A DNA stretch of 64,000 nucleotides from the NCBI GenBank assembly GCA_012295275.1, contig CM022679.1:13330001-13394000 (forward strand). Direction: 5' to 3'. The notes beneath the pieces were generated by a model, which made no database searches, was not told where the DNA came from, and saw nothing but the letters and a program-made list of their open reading frames with translations. This document shows positions 42,721-55,820 of the stretch, piece by piece. Positions within the stretch are counted from its first letter, which is position 1. Each line of letters begins with the position of its first letter. The DNA is from Chrysomallon squamiferum (lineage: Eukaryota; Animalia; Mollusca). The position numbers and the translations under genes were made by a program.

Positions 42721-45411
42721 TTTATCTGTTTAGAGAAAAAGACAAATTCATAGCAATTTCTAATTTATCAAAGTCGGAAATGTGTCAATATTACGAAGTA
42801 AATGAGTTTAACTGAATTCAGTAACTATCAGTGTTTAGATTAGAACTTAATAAATTACTCTACTGCATAGTAATAATTTTAAAATGGACAACATTTTAGT
42901 CAACACCGTTTGTGTTTACTGAACTGGTTTATAATTTATGATCCGCCACTATACAAATTGAGCATAATCATTTTTACATGAGATATCAGTCTACTTCTAG
43001 ACAAAATTTACCAGATTGCAAGAAGATAAGAGTATGTAATTTAATGTAAATTTTCAGTTTAAACATTTAACTGTCGTATTAATTAGCTATAATAATGTAA
43101 GATATTCTTTTTCAGGATATATGGTTTATATTTCAATTTGTTTTATTTATTTATTTGCACACTGCAGTATTTAGAAACGTCGTACCTGTCCTGACTTGTA
43201 CAAAACAGTAAACACTGACAGTGTGACACTCATGACAGTGTTAATGTCAGTCATGATAATCACAGTGTTACGAATGTAAACAACAGAATTAATAATCATG
43301 AACATAATAAATCTAAAGGGTATATTATTGAATAAACTGAGTCTGAAAATATAAAATATCATCAACTGATTTATTTATAAATATAACAAGAATTAAGTAG
43401 ATATTTTCGAAAAAAATAACTGAAAAAGTGATAATTTTTTAAAATATTTTTTACACAGATAAAATCATAAAATGGAAACAAATGAAAATATAATTTATAT
43501 TATATAATTATTATTTTAATGTTCATATTTATGGTCTAACTAAAACAATTTTTAAATTTTTTAATTATTATTATTATTATTTTAAACTTTTATAAATGTA
43601 TAAAGTTACAGGTATAAATGCATATTTTAATCAGTTTGGTCTTTAAAATTTTACTATTTCACCCATCACCTGGAACTGTTAGAGCTTGAAGATAAAAGAT
43701 ATTTCATTAATTGATTCCAAAATAATATGTTCCAACCTGTGGAAATATGTATAGTATTATGATAATGTTATTATTTATAAATAACAATTAATTAGGTTTC
43801 TTTTTCAACATTTTCCATACTGATCAGATAATGACACATTTTAATAAATTTATTAGAACAAATAAATCAAAATGTCCATAATAAAGTAAAATAATATGAA
43901 CTTCACTGATACCATGCAAAAGATATTTTATTATCAATTTAATTTTTTTTTTTCATTATTATAGTTAATTTATGTTACAAAATGTATTTAAAATCCATTA
44001 TATTTTTGTTTTATTTCAGTTCCATTGACACCAGCATGCAGGTTAAATATAGATTAGAATTTGTTTCAGCAGGAATCTGCACCATTACATGATTTTAAAC
44101 ATGCATTAGGAATACATTTTCTGTAATATATGCTTAAACAGGCAGTACCCATTTGAACGTTATTTTCTGAGCCATTAATCATGAATCTTAAATGTCATAG
44201 GTAATGATTTCAAACATTGCATATTAATAAATATTATCCACTCGTGATAATTTCAGTAATAAAATATTTCAAATTTTGCAGCTTGGAATTCAATAACAGT
44301 GCATAAAGCTGTCAGTTGATAGTTGTTTATTTTTGTAAAGGGACACGTAACAGTATTGATGTAAAAAGATATATTTATACATCAATATTATTACTTAATT
44401 TTATTTTTGTTTATTTTTTGTTTTTAGCTCAACTGAAATTGTTCTTCCTGTCACATTTTGAAGTGTATAAATTGTACATTTTGTATAAAGAAGCTGTATA
44501 ATGTAATAATAACAATTTAACTTTAAGAGAAACTGTATTTTTTAACAGTTTATTTCTGGCCATTACAAAATCTGAATAATGATGAATAATGTTAAAACTA
44601 TACCGATGCATTCTGCTTACAAAATACATTATTCCCTTACTGCTATTTTATTAAATTTTACATGTGTCTTGCCCTTAATCAAATTTTCAATAAATAATCT
44701 GTATTAACTATTTCCACTGTCATTCATTGCTAGATTTGTTAAATTTTTCTTTAAGCTAATAAACTAATTGAAAACATTAAAAACCATTAAAAAGTTTTTT
44801 TTAAATGACACAACCTAATCAAATTTTTAAAATTCATCATGATTAATGGTGTCCTATGATTTAATGTTCAGTTTTATTTTCATTCTTAATAATATCACTG
44901 TATACTTTTTTCTCTTTTGACAATGCACATACTAACATAGTTACTTGATTGCACCATTTTTAAAAATCATTAAAATGTAATTAATTCTTTAAGACATTTA
45001 ATCTGTAGACATGGCTGTCTTATATTTAATTTCAGTTATTTACAACAGACTGTTATATCGTTAAAGTAAAAATGTTATTTATTTACTTAAAATCATGGCT
45101 GTTTCATTTTCTTTAATTAATAGTGGAAATAAATTCATTATTTTCATTTCATTTTTTTGTTTCAAATATCTTTATTTTTATCACTGCTTTTTAGTAAGAC
45201 AGGAGTGCTTAAATTTTTGGAATAATTTAAACCAAATATTTGTTTTTTCTTTCAAATTTGTTTTAAGTTACCTAACTCACTTTAACAGTTGAAAAAATGA
45301 TTGTGAGATCAGTTTGAAAATGTACATATTTGTATATTCTTATTTCATGGATGAATTTCATTTATAAATAGGTATTCACATAGCTTTATATATATTTATA
45401 TATATTTTCAG

Positions 45412-46894
45412 ATGCCACTATTTGGTAACAAGTTTTCACCAAAGAAAACCCCTCAAAGACGTGCTAGTTCACTGTCCAATTTGAACCTTGATGCTACACA
45501 GTCTCGCACAGAATTTGGACTTGAATATGGGGCTGTGAAACTCAACTTGGGAGGGCATGATGTTAGTTTTGAAAATGGAATGTGGATTCATGGTTAGTAA
45601 TATTATAAATATATACATTTTTTTTAAATGTGTGTTTGAATATACACAAGTGATACATATAAATTTATTTCTCTCTATTTTGGAGTATTTCATAGTAAAG
45701 AGTTGCAGTAGTGTATAGCTAAATACCAGTTTAATTTCATCATAAACTTTAATAGACACAAATTATTTCATAAATTATAATTGTCAGATAAGCTATTAAC
45801 AAATTTAATAAAAAGGCTGTGAGACTATTAACTATAATACATGTACGCATCTCTGTAATTACAATAACATTGTTTTATTTTAGAAAGTGGTGGGGGTACA
45901 CCTAGTCATAAAGAGGTTATCAAGCTAAAGAAAGAAAATCAACATTTACAAGAAGAAAACAACTTCCTCAAATTAAAAATCGACATTCTTCTTGATATGG
46001 TAATGTTTCTAATTGTTATTTTTTATTTTTTTTAACTTATTGTAGTAAAGAAAATAATGGTTATAATTCTCTGACATCCAGGAGAATAAGCTCTATTATG
46101 TTTCAAAATCTGTTATCACTTATTCACAGCATTCCTTAACTGAAACTAAACCTTTTTTTTAGCTAAAATAATAAATAGCAGTACTGCAGAAGTTACTCAC
46201 TTCTAAACGTAACAGTATAATAATTTAGGAACTGTTTAAGAGTCATAATTTTAAGCTTTTAAAATAAAATTTATCATTATCTGTAAGCTTTATCCTTTAT
46301 AAAATATTTGGTTAACATCTAATAAAATATTAAAACAGTCGCATTTAAGGATTATAACTTTACTTTCAATGACAAATAATTATATTTCAAGAAAAATGTA
46401 CGTTATTTATTAGCATCGAATGAAACAGCATAAGTGAAATAATAAAATACTTGTGTTATTAATGCAGTTGATGTCATTATTTGAGGTTTTTATTTTAGAG
46501 GCAGTGATACTTATATAATGATGATATATATTTTGTTTATTCATTCCCATAGATTAATAAATAACCACATTTAATGATTTTACACTGAGTAGATAATGAA
46601 CAATAGGGAATAAAAATTCAGAGAGACATTCACATGCACACACACACACACTTGTCATTTGCGTGAAAAGGTTTTGGCTAAGTTCCTAGAGTGTTGAATA
46701 ATGACGTACGATACATGTTACTAAATGCTGCTATTTATTTAATGCATTATATTTTTACAATGAATCCAAGTTAGTTTGTTTATTTATTTATATATTCTTT
46801 TTGAATCTTGCAGTTAGCTGAAACATCGGCAGTGTCACAGTTTCACGCAAGTGAACTGAAGCAGCTACGAGAAATGAAGTCAAAGAAACGTTAG
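45412..46894 (+). CDS. CBY1: Protein Chibby homolog (beta-catenin antagonist, basal-body/ciliogenesis protein), 3 coding exons, 125 aa
   Basis: Exons 45412-45592, 45884-45999 and 46814-46894. MPLFGNKFSPKKTP, the 14-3-3-type site RRASSLSNL, LGG..F.NG.W, coiled coil LQEENNFLKLKIDILLDMLAE, basic C-terminal KSKKR. The ATG immediately follows an acceptor (ttttcag|ATG). Confidence 0.95.
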
Positions 46895-47656
46895 GAACAA
46901 ACTGTCATGTGATCAGATCATTCTCAAGGCAGCATGATTTGTTCTATCATCATCATCATCATGCATTATTAACATTGCAAAAAATGTGAAGTATATTGAC
47001 TAGGAACATTTTTATTTTATTTTCATTTATGTAAATAGTATGACATCCGTCCATTTTATTTATTTAAAATAAATATATTTTTTTTTTTTAATGGTTTTTT
47101 TTTTTTTTATTTTTGAAATGTAGATCTACCCGATTCTTGAACCTGTTCTGCATAGATATCTTTTTCATGAAATCCAATATTCAAATACTGCAGGGGTTAA
47201 AAACACTATTCTGAACTAATATGAACTCAGCCATTAGAGTGCAACTGTCATTCATGTGTACTGACAGTCTTTGTTTCACTTTCAAAAAAGAAATGTTATT
47301 CCTTCTTTTTTGTGTGATGTTTTCAATTTACCTCACATCAAAAAATAAAATTCAAGTTTAAATGACAGAGACATTAGCAAACATTTAAATGATGACATTA
47401 ACAAGTACTAAAAGTATCATAAATTATTTTATTTAACATCACACCACATAAAATATCGATTTAAATTGCACAGTTTTTTTGTGATTTGACATTAAAAGCA
47501 CTCATTTTCAATTGGGAATTTCATACTTTGTTTTTCTAACATGTTATTTTTTATAACATGACACTGATGTAGTTTTTCTTTTAAACTTTTTCACACAAAC
47601 ACACACAACCACACATCAACATGTTTATATACAAAACAGACATCACATTCTGTCAC

Positions 47657-50600
47657 TTATCCAGTATCTTTATGAGGACATGTTCGTTTTGTGTGGCCTG
47701 TTAACAGAAGGAAAAATAAAAATAATGAGTTAATTTGACAAAGTGTATTTACAACAAACATTAAAACGTATTTTACTACATAAATGATTATTCATACTGT
47801 AGCATGTTTACTGTAAGTATGAAATGGCTATTATTAAGAAGTACACATACATTTTTGTCATTCTAAACTTGTGAATAAACCCCTTTCATTTTACATAATA
47901 ATAAGAATCATTTTAATCAACAGTGTTAATGTTTTACTCTTCATAAACCTAAATAGAGAAAACTTGAAGTGTGTGTGTATGTGTATGTGTGTATATATAT
48001 ATATATACTTTGTACCACTACAAGAACTAAAGATGACAGTTTAAATAAAATAAACCTGATACCTGACTGTCCACACAAGCTGCATGTTTTCTTTTTACGC
48101 TGTGGTGCAACATCCTGAGTTGAAGACGCATTTCGTTTTCTAACACCAGCTCCTGCTGGAGTCCATTTGTCATTACCACCTAAAAAATAAATAAAATGAT
48201 ATGAACATTTTATTTCTGCTAATGTCAATAATTAGCATTTTGAGTTATTATCCATAATCGTAATAAAAACAAAAGGTATTTGTTTTTGAAAGAAAGAAAA
48301 CAGTGCCATGGTATCAATGAATAAATACAATATTTAGCAACTCTATCTAATACTTATTAGATGTCAAAGACAGCTTTTAAAAAATATTAATCTGAAAGAG
48401 AAAACAGTGCAGTCAATTTTTCAAAGAAATCCATTGTGTCTGCGATAAAATAGCAAATAATTCAATGAGACTGTCTGAAGAGAATAGATTTTTCAACCCA
48501 CACTGCAGGGAAGCATTCAACTAATTGTAGTGGAATAAAACAGACAAGACCAACCTCCTACAGGACCACTGTTTTCATCAGCCCACTGGAAGAAACGACA
48601 ACCCTGTTCTCTAGGCTGAGGACACCCAAAGAATTGTCTGCCCTTGTTTGGTCCTTCTTTTTGAACAGTTAGACTACAAAATAAAATAAAATAAACAGTG
48701 TTTGAATTGACTGTACATAAATCCATGTTAAAACTGAATACAAAAACAGGTGCACATGTTTAGATGCAAGACTGGAAATAGTTTATGACAATAAAATGCT
48801 AAGAACTATTTGATATTTTACAAAAAAATAAAAAAAATAATATTTTATCTGAATGATATTAAATATATCTTAACAACAACAAAAACAGTGATGAAAACAA
48901 CAACAAAAACAGTGATGAAAACATAACAAGCAGGCAAGACTAGATGGTGTTATGTTCACATATTTTTAAATATTTTAAACCATCTTGTAGTGCACATGTA
49001 GTAAGCAAATAATACAGCTGATGAAAGTGTCTATCACACACCTTTTAGCTGGCATGCCACATCCACACTGTGGTACATCCATGCTGGGGACTCGATTGTT
49101 TCTGTTTGATGTGTTGGCAGTGAAACTTGGATGAGTTACTCCTACTGGTCTCTGAAAGCTACATAAATGAGTAAAAAACAAACAGTTAAATGTTTTTCTC
49201 CCACAAATTTAATACTTCTAACTATTTATTTTGTCATTTCTTTCTTGGAGCAGCAGTTATATCTTGAAAAATTACTTTCATAATAAAATGCTACACATGT
49301 CAAAAACTATTCTATTTTCTACAACTGTAGTTTTCAAATACAAACCAGACATTTGTTATTTCTGACAGAGTATTAATATTATGTGTACAGAATGACATAC
49401 CTATTTGTAGAAGAGTCATTTTTCTTTCCATCACTTTCATCTTCCCATAGGAAGAAAGGACAACCAGTTCCAGTTGGTTTGGGGCATTTGTAAAAGAGTC
49501 GACCTGAATTGATACAGTCAATATAAAAAGACGAAACAATAAAAAAAAAAAAAAAAAAAATGCTTACAAATCATTTACTAAAAACACAGTTGTGGAGGTT
49601 ATTATATTCAAAATACTTTTACCGTTTCTTTATTTTAAGAAAAAGAAGAGTGAATGTCAAAGCACAAATATACCATTTAAATCTGAACAAATGAATAAAA
49701 TAATTATTAAAAAAATTGAAATTTTCTGGATACTTAAAAACAAATTTGTGCATATATGTTATAGATAAAGTTTCAAGATAAGATTCGAAAAAAAAAAAAA
49801 AAAAAGTCATAAACAAATGAAAAAGAAAGAAGATAAAAAAAAGAAAAACCAAAACAACAAAACCATAACACTCCTGGACAAATACAAGCAGAAGTACACC
49901 AAATGTACCTCTTGCAGATGAAGATAAAGTGATCCACACCAATATCAAATCAATCAATAATGTTATTTGAAATAATACCTGTATTTGGTCCTTCTTTCCT
50001 CACAGTTAAAAGAACTGCATCAGTGCCACAGTTGCACACAATGGCAGAACCAGTGTCGCCGTCTCCTCTGCTGTTAAAACCACCCACGTTGCTGTTCTCC
50101 ACCTGTGTCAACGGCACTCTTGAATTACCACCTCTTGGTAAGGCAGCTACATTTCTAGCTGTGTTGTTGGATGTGTGCAGTGTTGGTGAAACCATGAAGT
50201 GGTTGTTATTGGCGACAGTTGATTGTTTTCTGACTGGAACTGAAGTTTTGATGTGTGGAGTGTTTGTAGAAGTTGCTGAAGATGGGTTTCTGGTAGCTGT
50301 ACAAATAAAACATTATTATAAATGTGTTTGAGTATAATCATAATGATGACTTATAACTGAAGGTAATTTTTGTATAGTTAATCTATAGATAAAAAATACA
50401 GGTACATTTTGATACATTTCTGGGAAGTATTTGTGGAAAGGAGTAACTAAGTTATAATAAACATTTTAAATGATGATTTATTTCATAATATTTAAAAACA
50501 TTTTATTATTAATAGTTATAAGATTTTGTTTCTTCTGAATGAACAAACTACTTCTTTCACTTAGCAGAATGGCACCTTCTCGTAGAGTGGCAAACATATA

Positions 50601-53600
50601 TCCTAGCTTATGTTTGATTACCACTGCATAAATAATATTTTTCTATTTATGGAGAAAGTAAAACAGAAAATAGGATTTTAATTAGAGCAACAAACAACTT
50701 TTTAAAATTAAACTTACCATTTGTGGGTCTGTGAGATAAAGCTGGCAAATTCAATGACTGTGTTAGGATTTCATCACAGCCACAAACACAACCAATGTAA
50801 CTGAAAATGCAGCAAAAAATTACAAGTATATTTTTTTCAGCATGTAATATACTAGGCTCAAATTCACTTTGAATTAACTACAAGATTCAGTGAATTATTT
50901 TTATAATTGTTTTACTTTTTTTAAAACATAATAGAATAAATCAATAATAATAAATTACAACAAAAAAGGACACTGTAATAACTTTACTCTTCTATAAGTT
51001 TACTTAAAAAATCTTTAAATAATTTTTATAGATGGTCAAATAAAATACTATTAGTTTTTGAAAATACTATTATGAAGCTTTATTAGGTATAAGCAAATAA
51101 AATACTAGGGAATAATATTAATTTCAAAAGTCCTAATACACCTGTTCAGACTAATTAAGAATACTTACTCTAATGGAATAAAAGGAGGCACAGAACCTCG
51201 TTTGAATTTGAACTTTATCTTGTGAACATGTCCTATATTGCACTGAAAAATCAACAGGTAATAAAATAAGAAATATGTCATAGAGAAAACATATTAAAAA
51301 GAAACCCCTAAAACATATACTAGTTTTAATTTGTCAAAAAGAAAGAAGGAAACTGTAAAGAATTTAGTTTCTAAAAAACCCCATAAAGGAACAAATGTTA
51401 TTGATACCCAATTGCCTGTGTACGAATAGTTAATACCTGTGAAACATAATATATACGGGTCATTCCATGTCAAATCACCCAATGGGTTAAACCCGACCAT
51501 CTCAGATTTTTATGAAACTTGGTATACTTGTTGACTGGGATCCCACAGCACCAAATCTGAAATTTTAGCCCAATCAGATCAGTGGTGTGGGAGATAAGGC
51601 CCACTGAATTTTGAGATTTTTGGCAAAAATGGGTGTGACCACCAACTTTTGAACCCTCATATCTCAGGAACTACTGGGACAATCTTCATAAAATTGGTAT
51701 TGTTGAAAAGACAATATGACAAGGATTCCAAATCTGCCATTTTTGTTCAGTTTGGAAAATATTGGGGTACATTTACCTTTTGACCTTTGCTATGACCTTG
51801 AAATTAACCATGTGGATCATGTGACCTTGAGATGGCCTTTATTGAAATTTAATCTCCCACATGTTAACTAAAACATATAAAAGTTTCCTGGGTGTAATAT
51901 TTTTTGTTTAGCCACAATATAGATTTTAAAAAAAGCACATACACGAAAATAACACCTTTTCAGCCATTAACATCTGATTAACTAAAACCTGAATGATCAA
52001 TTCTGGATGCTAGGAATCACCATCTTTCTTGATCAGCAATTAAGACATTGTAGGCCTACATGTATGCATAAAGTTCACATAAATTTGAGAGAACTAGGTG
52101 TTTCTGATGCTTAACATTCTCACCATCTTTTCAAATGCTCACTGTATCCTTCATTCCCAGACATATTCTATTGTTCTCATCACTTACATAAAATTGGATT
52201 ATTTCCTCCTTCAATTCATTTGACAGAAATCTGAGACGGTTGGGTTTAAATTTCTTTTTTTGGGGGGTGATCTGACATGGAATGACCCATACATATAAAA
52301 TATATATTTTAATATTACTATAACCATGTAACACTGGAAAGAAATGAAGTATGTCCAATGCGTGCACCAATTCATATGAATTATCAGCTTTTTAAAAAAT
52401 AAATAAATAAAACACTAAAAGCTAAATGATATTCGTTTAATATTAAAAATAAAAAAAATTAATGTACTTGAATTAGAAATAAACAAATAGGTATTAATCA
52501 GTTATTAGCAGTATCTATTTTTACTTAATATACCTTCCCATTAATTTCAGTTGGAAAATGCTAGGAGCTATTGGAAAACTAAAGAAAAATGACTCAGTTC
52601 AGACCTTATCACACATTTCTTCCTGTACACTTGCTTCTAATACTGAATCAGGAAGCCAGATGACATTACGGCACTGGGGATATCCTGTACAGCCAATAAA
52701 ATACCTGTAAAAATAATGATAATTAATCATACTTATGTAAGACCATATAAAAATAACTTTACATTTAACGTTATTAATGGATTCTTCTAACTTGAACTCT
52801 TACTATATTTCGAAAACAGAAATTTGTACATTTAGTGTATGGAATATTCTCATGTTAAAAGTGCAATTAAATGACAGCTGAAAGAACTTACCCCTTTCCT
52901 TCCTTTTTAGTTCTCAACACCATGTCAGAACCACACTGTGGACAGGGACAGACTGAGACTGGACCTGTCACATCAACATCTGAACAAAAATAATAATAAT
53001 ATAACTTATGTAATCGTGACATCCAAGAAATGACATAAAATTAAAAAATATGTTTTAGATGTATTATTCTAGATTTGAGTAGTATTTCAGTAATTTACAG
53101 ACCATGCTAGATTTGTAAGATGTTTTTGGTAACAGTCATTTGTTAGTACTATATTAATAGTGTATTAATTATAATTTTAATATTTCATTTTATCAAGTTG
53201 ATGTTGCAGATATATTATAAAATAATGAAAGGTAATTTTTATTTGACTACTTTTGAACATTTTTTAAATTAATAACAATAAAATTAAATAAATGTATAAA
53301 TAATAATAATAAAAATAATAATAATAATAATAACTATTATTTAGTACACGCATCACTTCGGTAATACACAATTTGCCATCTCAAAAATAATAGTTGATTA
53401 AAAAAATAATAAAACAACAAAACAAATTAGTAATCAATTTCCAACTAGATTTCCAGCCAAATTTTTCATTTGTATATAAAATATAGGCTTTTTTTTCCAG
53501 CCAAATTTTAATGTTAATGCAGTATGTACATTTTAAAAGTTAAAACATATCTCAATACGTCAAGGTAAAAACCTATCTTAATGTGTTACCTGTTTGAGAG

Positions 53601-55785
53601 ACTTGATTTGCTTCTCCAAGATACTGAGACAGTGCTTCATCTAGTTTGACTGCCTTATAAAAATAAAATAACCAAATTAAACACTTAGTTGTTATGATGA
53701 ATCTTGATAAAATGATGCACACAAAAGATGAAATTTCATTTTCATTAATCTTAATAAATACTAAACATTACATAACCAAATCAAAATATTATAAATACTG
53801 AACTGATATGGTGAGTCTTGATATAAGGATGTACACAAAAGACAAATTTCATTATCATCATTCTACCACTTTCTGAGAAAAATGTAGATAAATTACGTTT
53901 TGGGTAAAGATGAGTTTGACCTACATTTTGATTCACTGAGTTTTATCCCAAGAAAAACATTACTGACTTTAGCCTAGAAATACATTGTAAATTATGCAGG
54001 TTAATCTGCAACTCTATCAGTATTATAATTATCCTCAAATTAACTAACAGAACAACAAATTTTCAAGATCAAAGCAGTTGACTTACACTTTCTAACAAAT
54101 GTGTATAATCATGATTCTTCTAGAAAAAATTAAAGGATCATATATGAAAAAATCTGAAAACAAAGCACTAACCTGTTGTGTAGCTTCAATAAAAACTTCT
54201 CTGTATTTTCTAATCTGATCTTTCAAAACCACTGTAATATTAATAAAATATTTATTTTTCATTCCTTTTTTTCTCAACATTTAATCTAATTAAACTATAT
54301 ATAACAATAATCTGGCAAAATAGATTTTTTTAAAAGACTGAATAAGATGAATTATCAGTATATACAAACACACACACATAAAATTTTACTTCCTTTAAAA
54401 ATTAACATCTATTTGTAATTAAATTTTAAAATAAAGATAGAAGTAAACTTTATGTATAATAAATAAACAAACAAAAAAAAACTTTAGTAAGAATTTATTT
54501 TTAATCAGATAAAACAATACCAAAATCAACACAAGTCTTTAACAAAAGATAAAATCGTGAACAGAACTAATTATTCTTACCGTCCTTATTTTTCTTTCCT
54601 TCACATATTCTACAAAATGAAAAATACTAAAGAAATGAATCAAGATATCCAAAATCAGTTTAAAATAAAAAGTTATTGTCTGAAAATGATAATTAAGTTA
54701 GCACTAGACTTTAAGGGTAGATTATTAACACACCATTGTTTTCATCTTTTTTCTTTTGGTTGACTTCTTAATAAATGACTGTTGGTATATATATATTTTT
54801 TAATTATTATTATAAACATTTGTTTTTTGTATTCTGGTCATTTTTCATATGATTTATGCTTCCATTTTCATCTGTTTTTAATTCTTAATTACACTGTTGT
54901 AATTAAAAAAAGGTGAAACTGTAAATTTTCAGCACCTACTCACAATTTAAGATCTGCCTCTAGCTCAGCTCTCAGATGTGGTTTTGACATTGCATATCCC
55001 ATTTCATCATAACCTGAAATATTTTCATTAAACTTTTTTAACTGTTCATGATAAAAAAAAAGTAATATTTTTTCTATGCTGCCTTAAAAAGATAACCAGG
55101 TTTTCAAAAATATATGAAATAAAATAATAATTTAAAAAATAACAATTATCATAATAAAAATTTAAAAACAATTAAAATTACGGAACTGTATTATAAACAA
55201 TAAGAAAAAAGCATTTAAAAATGGTTCACAATTCTTTGGTTTTAACAATTAAACACACCTGGGATAAGAAAGAAACATTACCTTCCACAAGACCCATTCC
55301 TAAATGACCTGGAACAAATCTGCCGTCTGGTCTCACACCTACATAGGATCTGCTTTTAATTGTTTCAATGTGTTCTGCATGAGTTGCATCAGTACCTGAA
55401 TAATATAATAATTAGTTAATTTATTTTTTAATTTCAAACAACAATATTTAATACAAGATACAAATATTATTATCAGTGTCTGGCCATGAATATAAATGTA
55501 AGATGAAGGTAAAGACAATGTATTTAAGCCATTTTGTTTCCCCACAGATACACACACAAAAACACACATATCTATATACAGAACACTGGTAATATAATAA
55601 TACTGACATTTAATGTATTTTCTTTATCAAACACAGCAAATACAAATATTTTTTGTTATTAAAATATTTTAAAAATTATGTATCTTACCTATGCCATGTT
55701 TCTCCATTAAGGCAATAAGATCTGCCTCACTCAGTAATGGTGGAGGGGTTGTTTCCCCTGGTGACATCTTTCAAACAATAAAAAA

Positions 55786-55820
<35 letters not shown>

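Noticed and set aside
49960-50331. 123-aa plus-strand ORF
   Set aside because: Antisense shadow of TOP3A exon 26.
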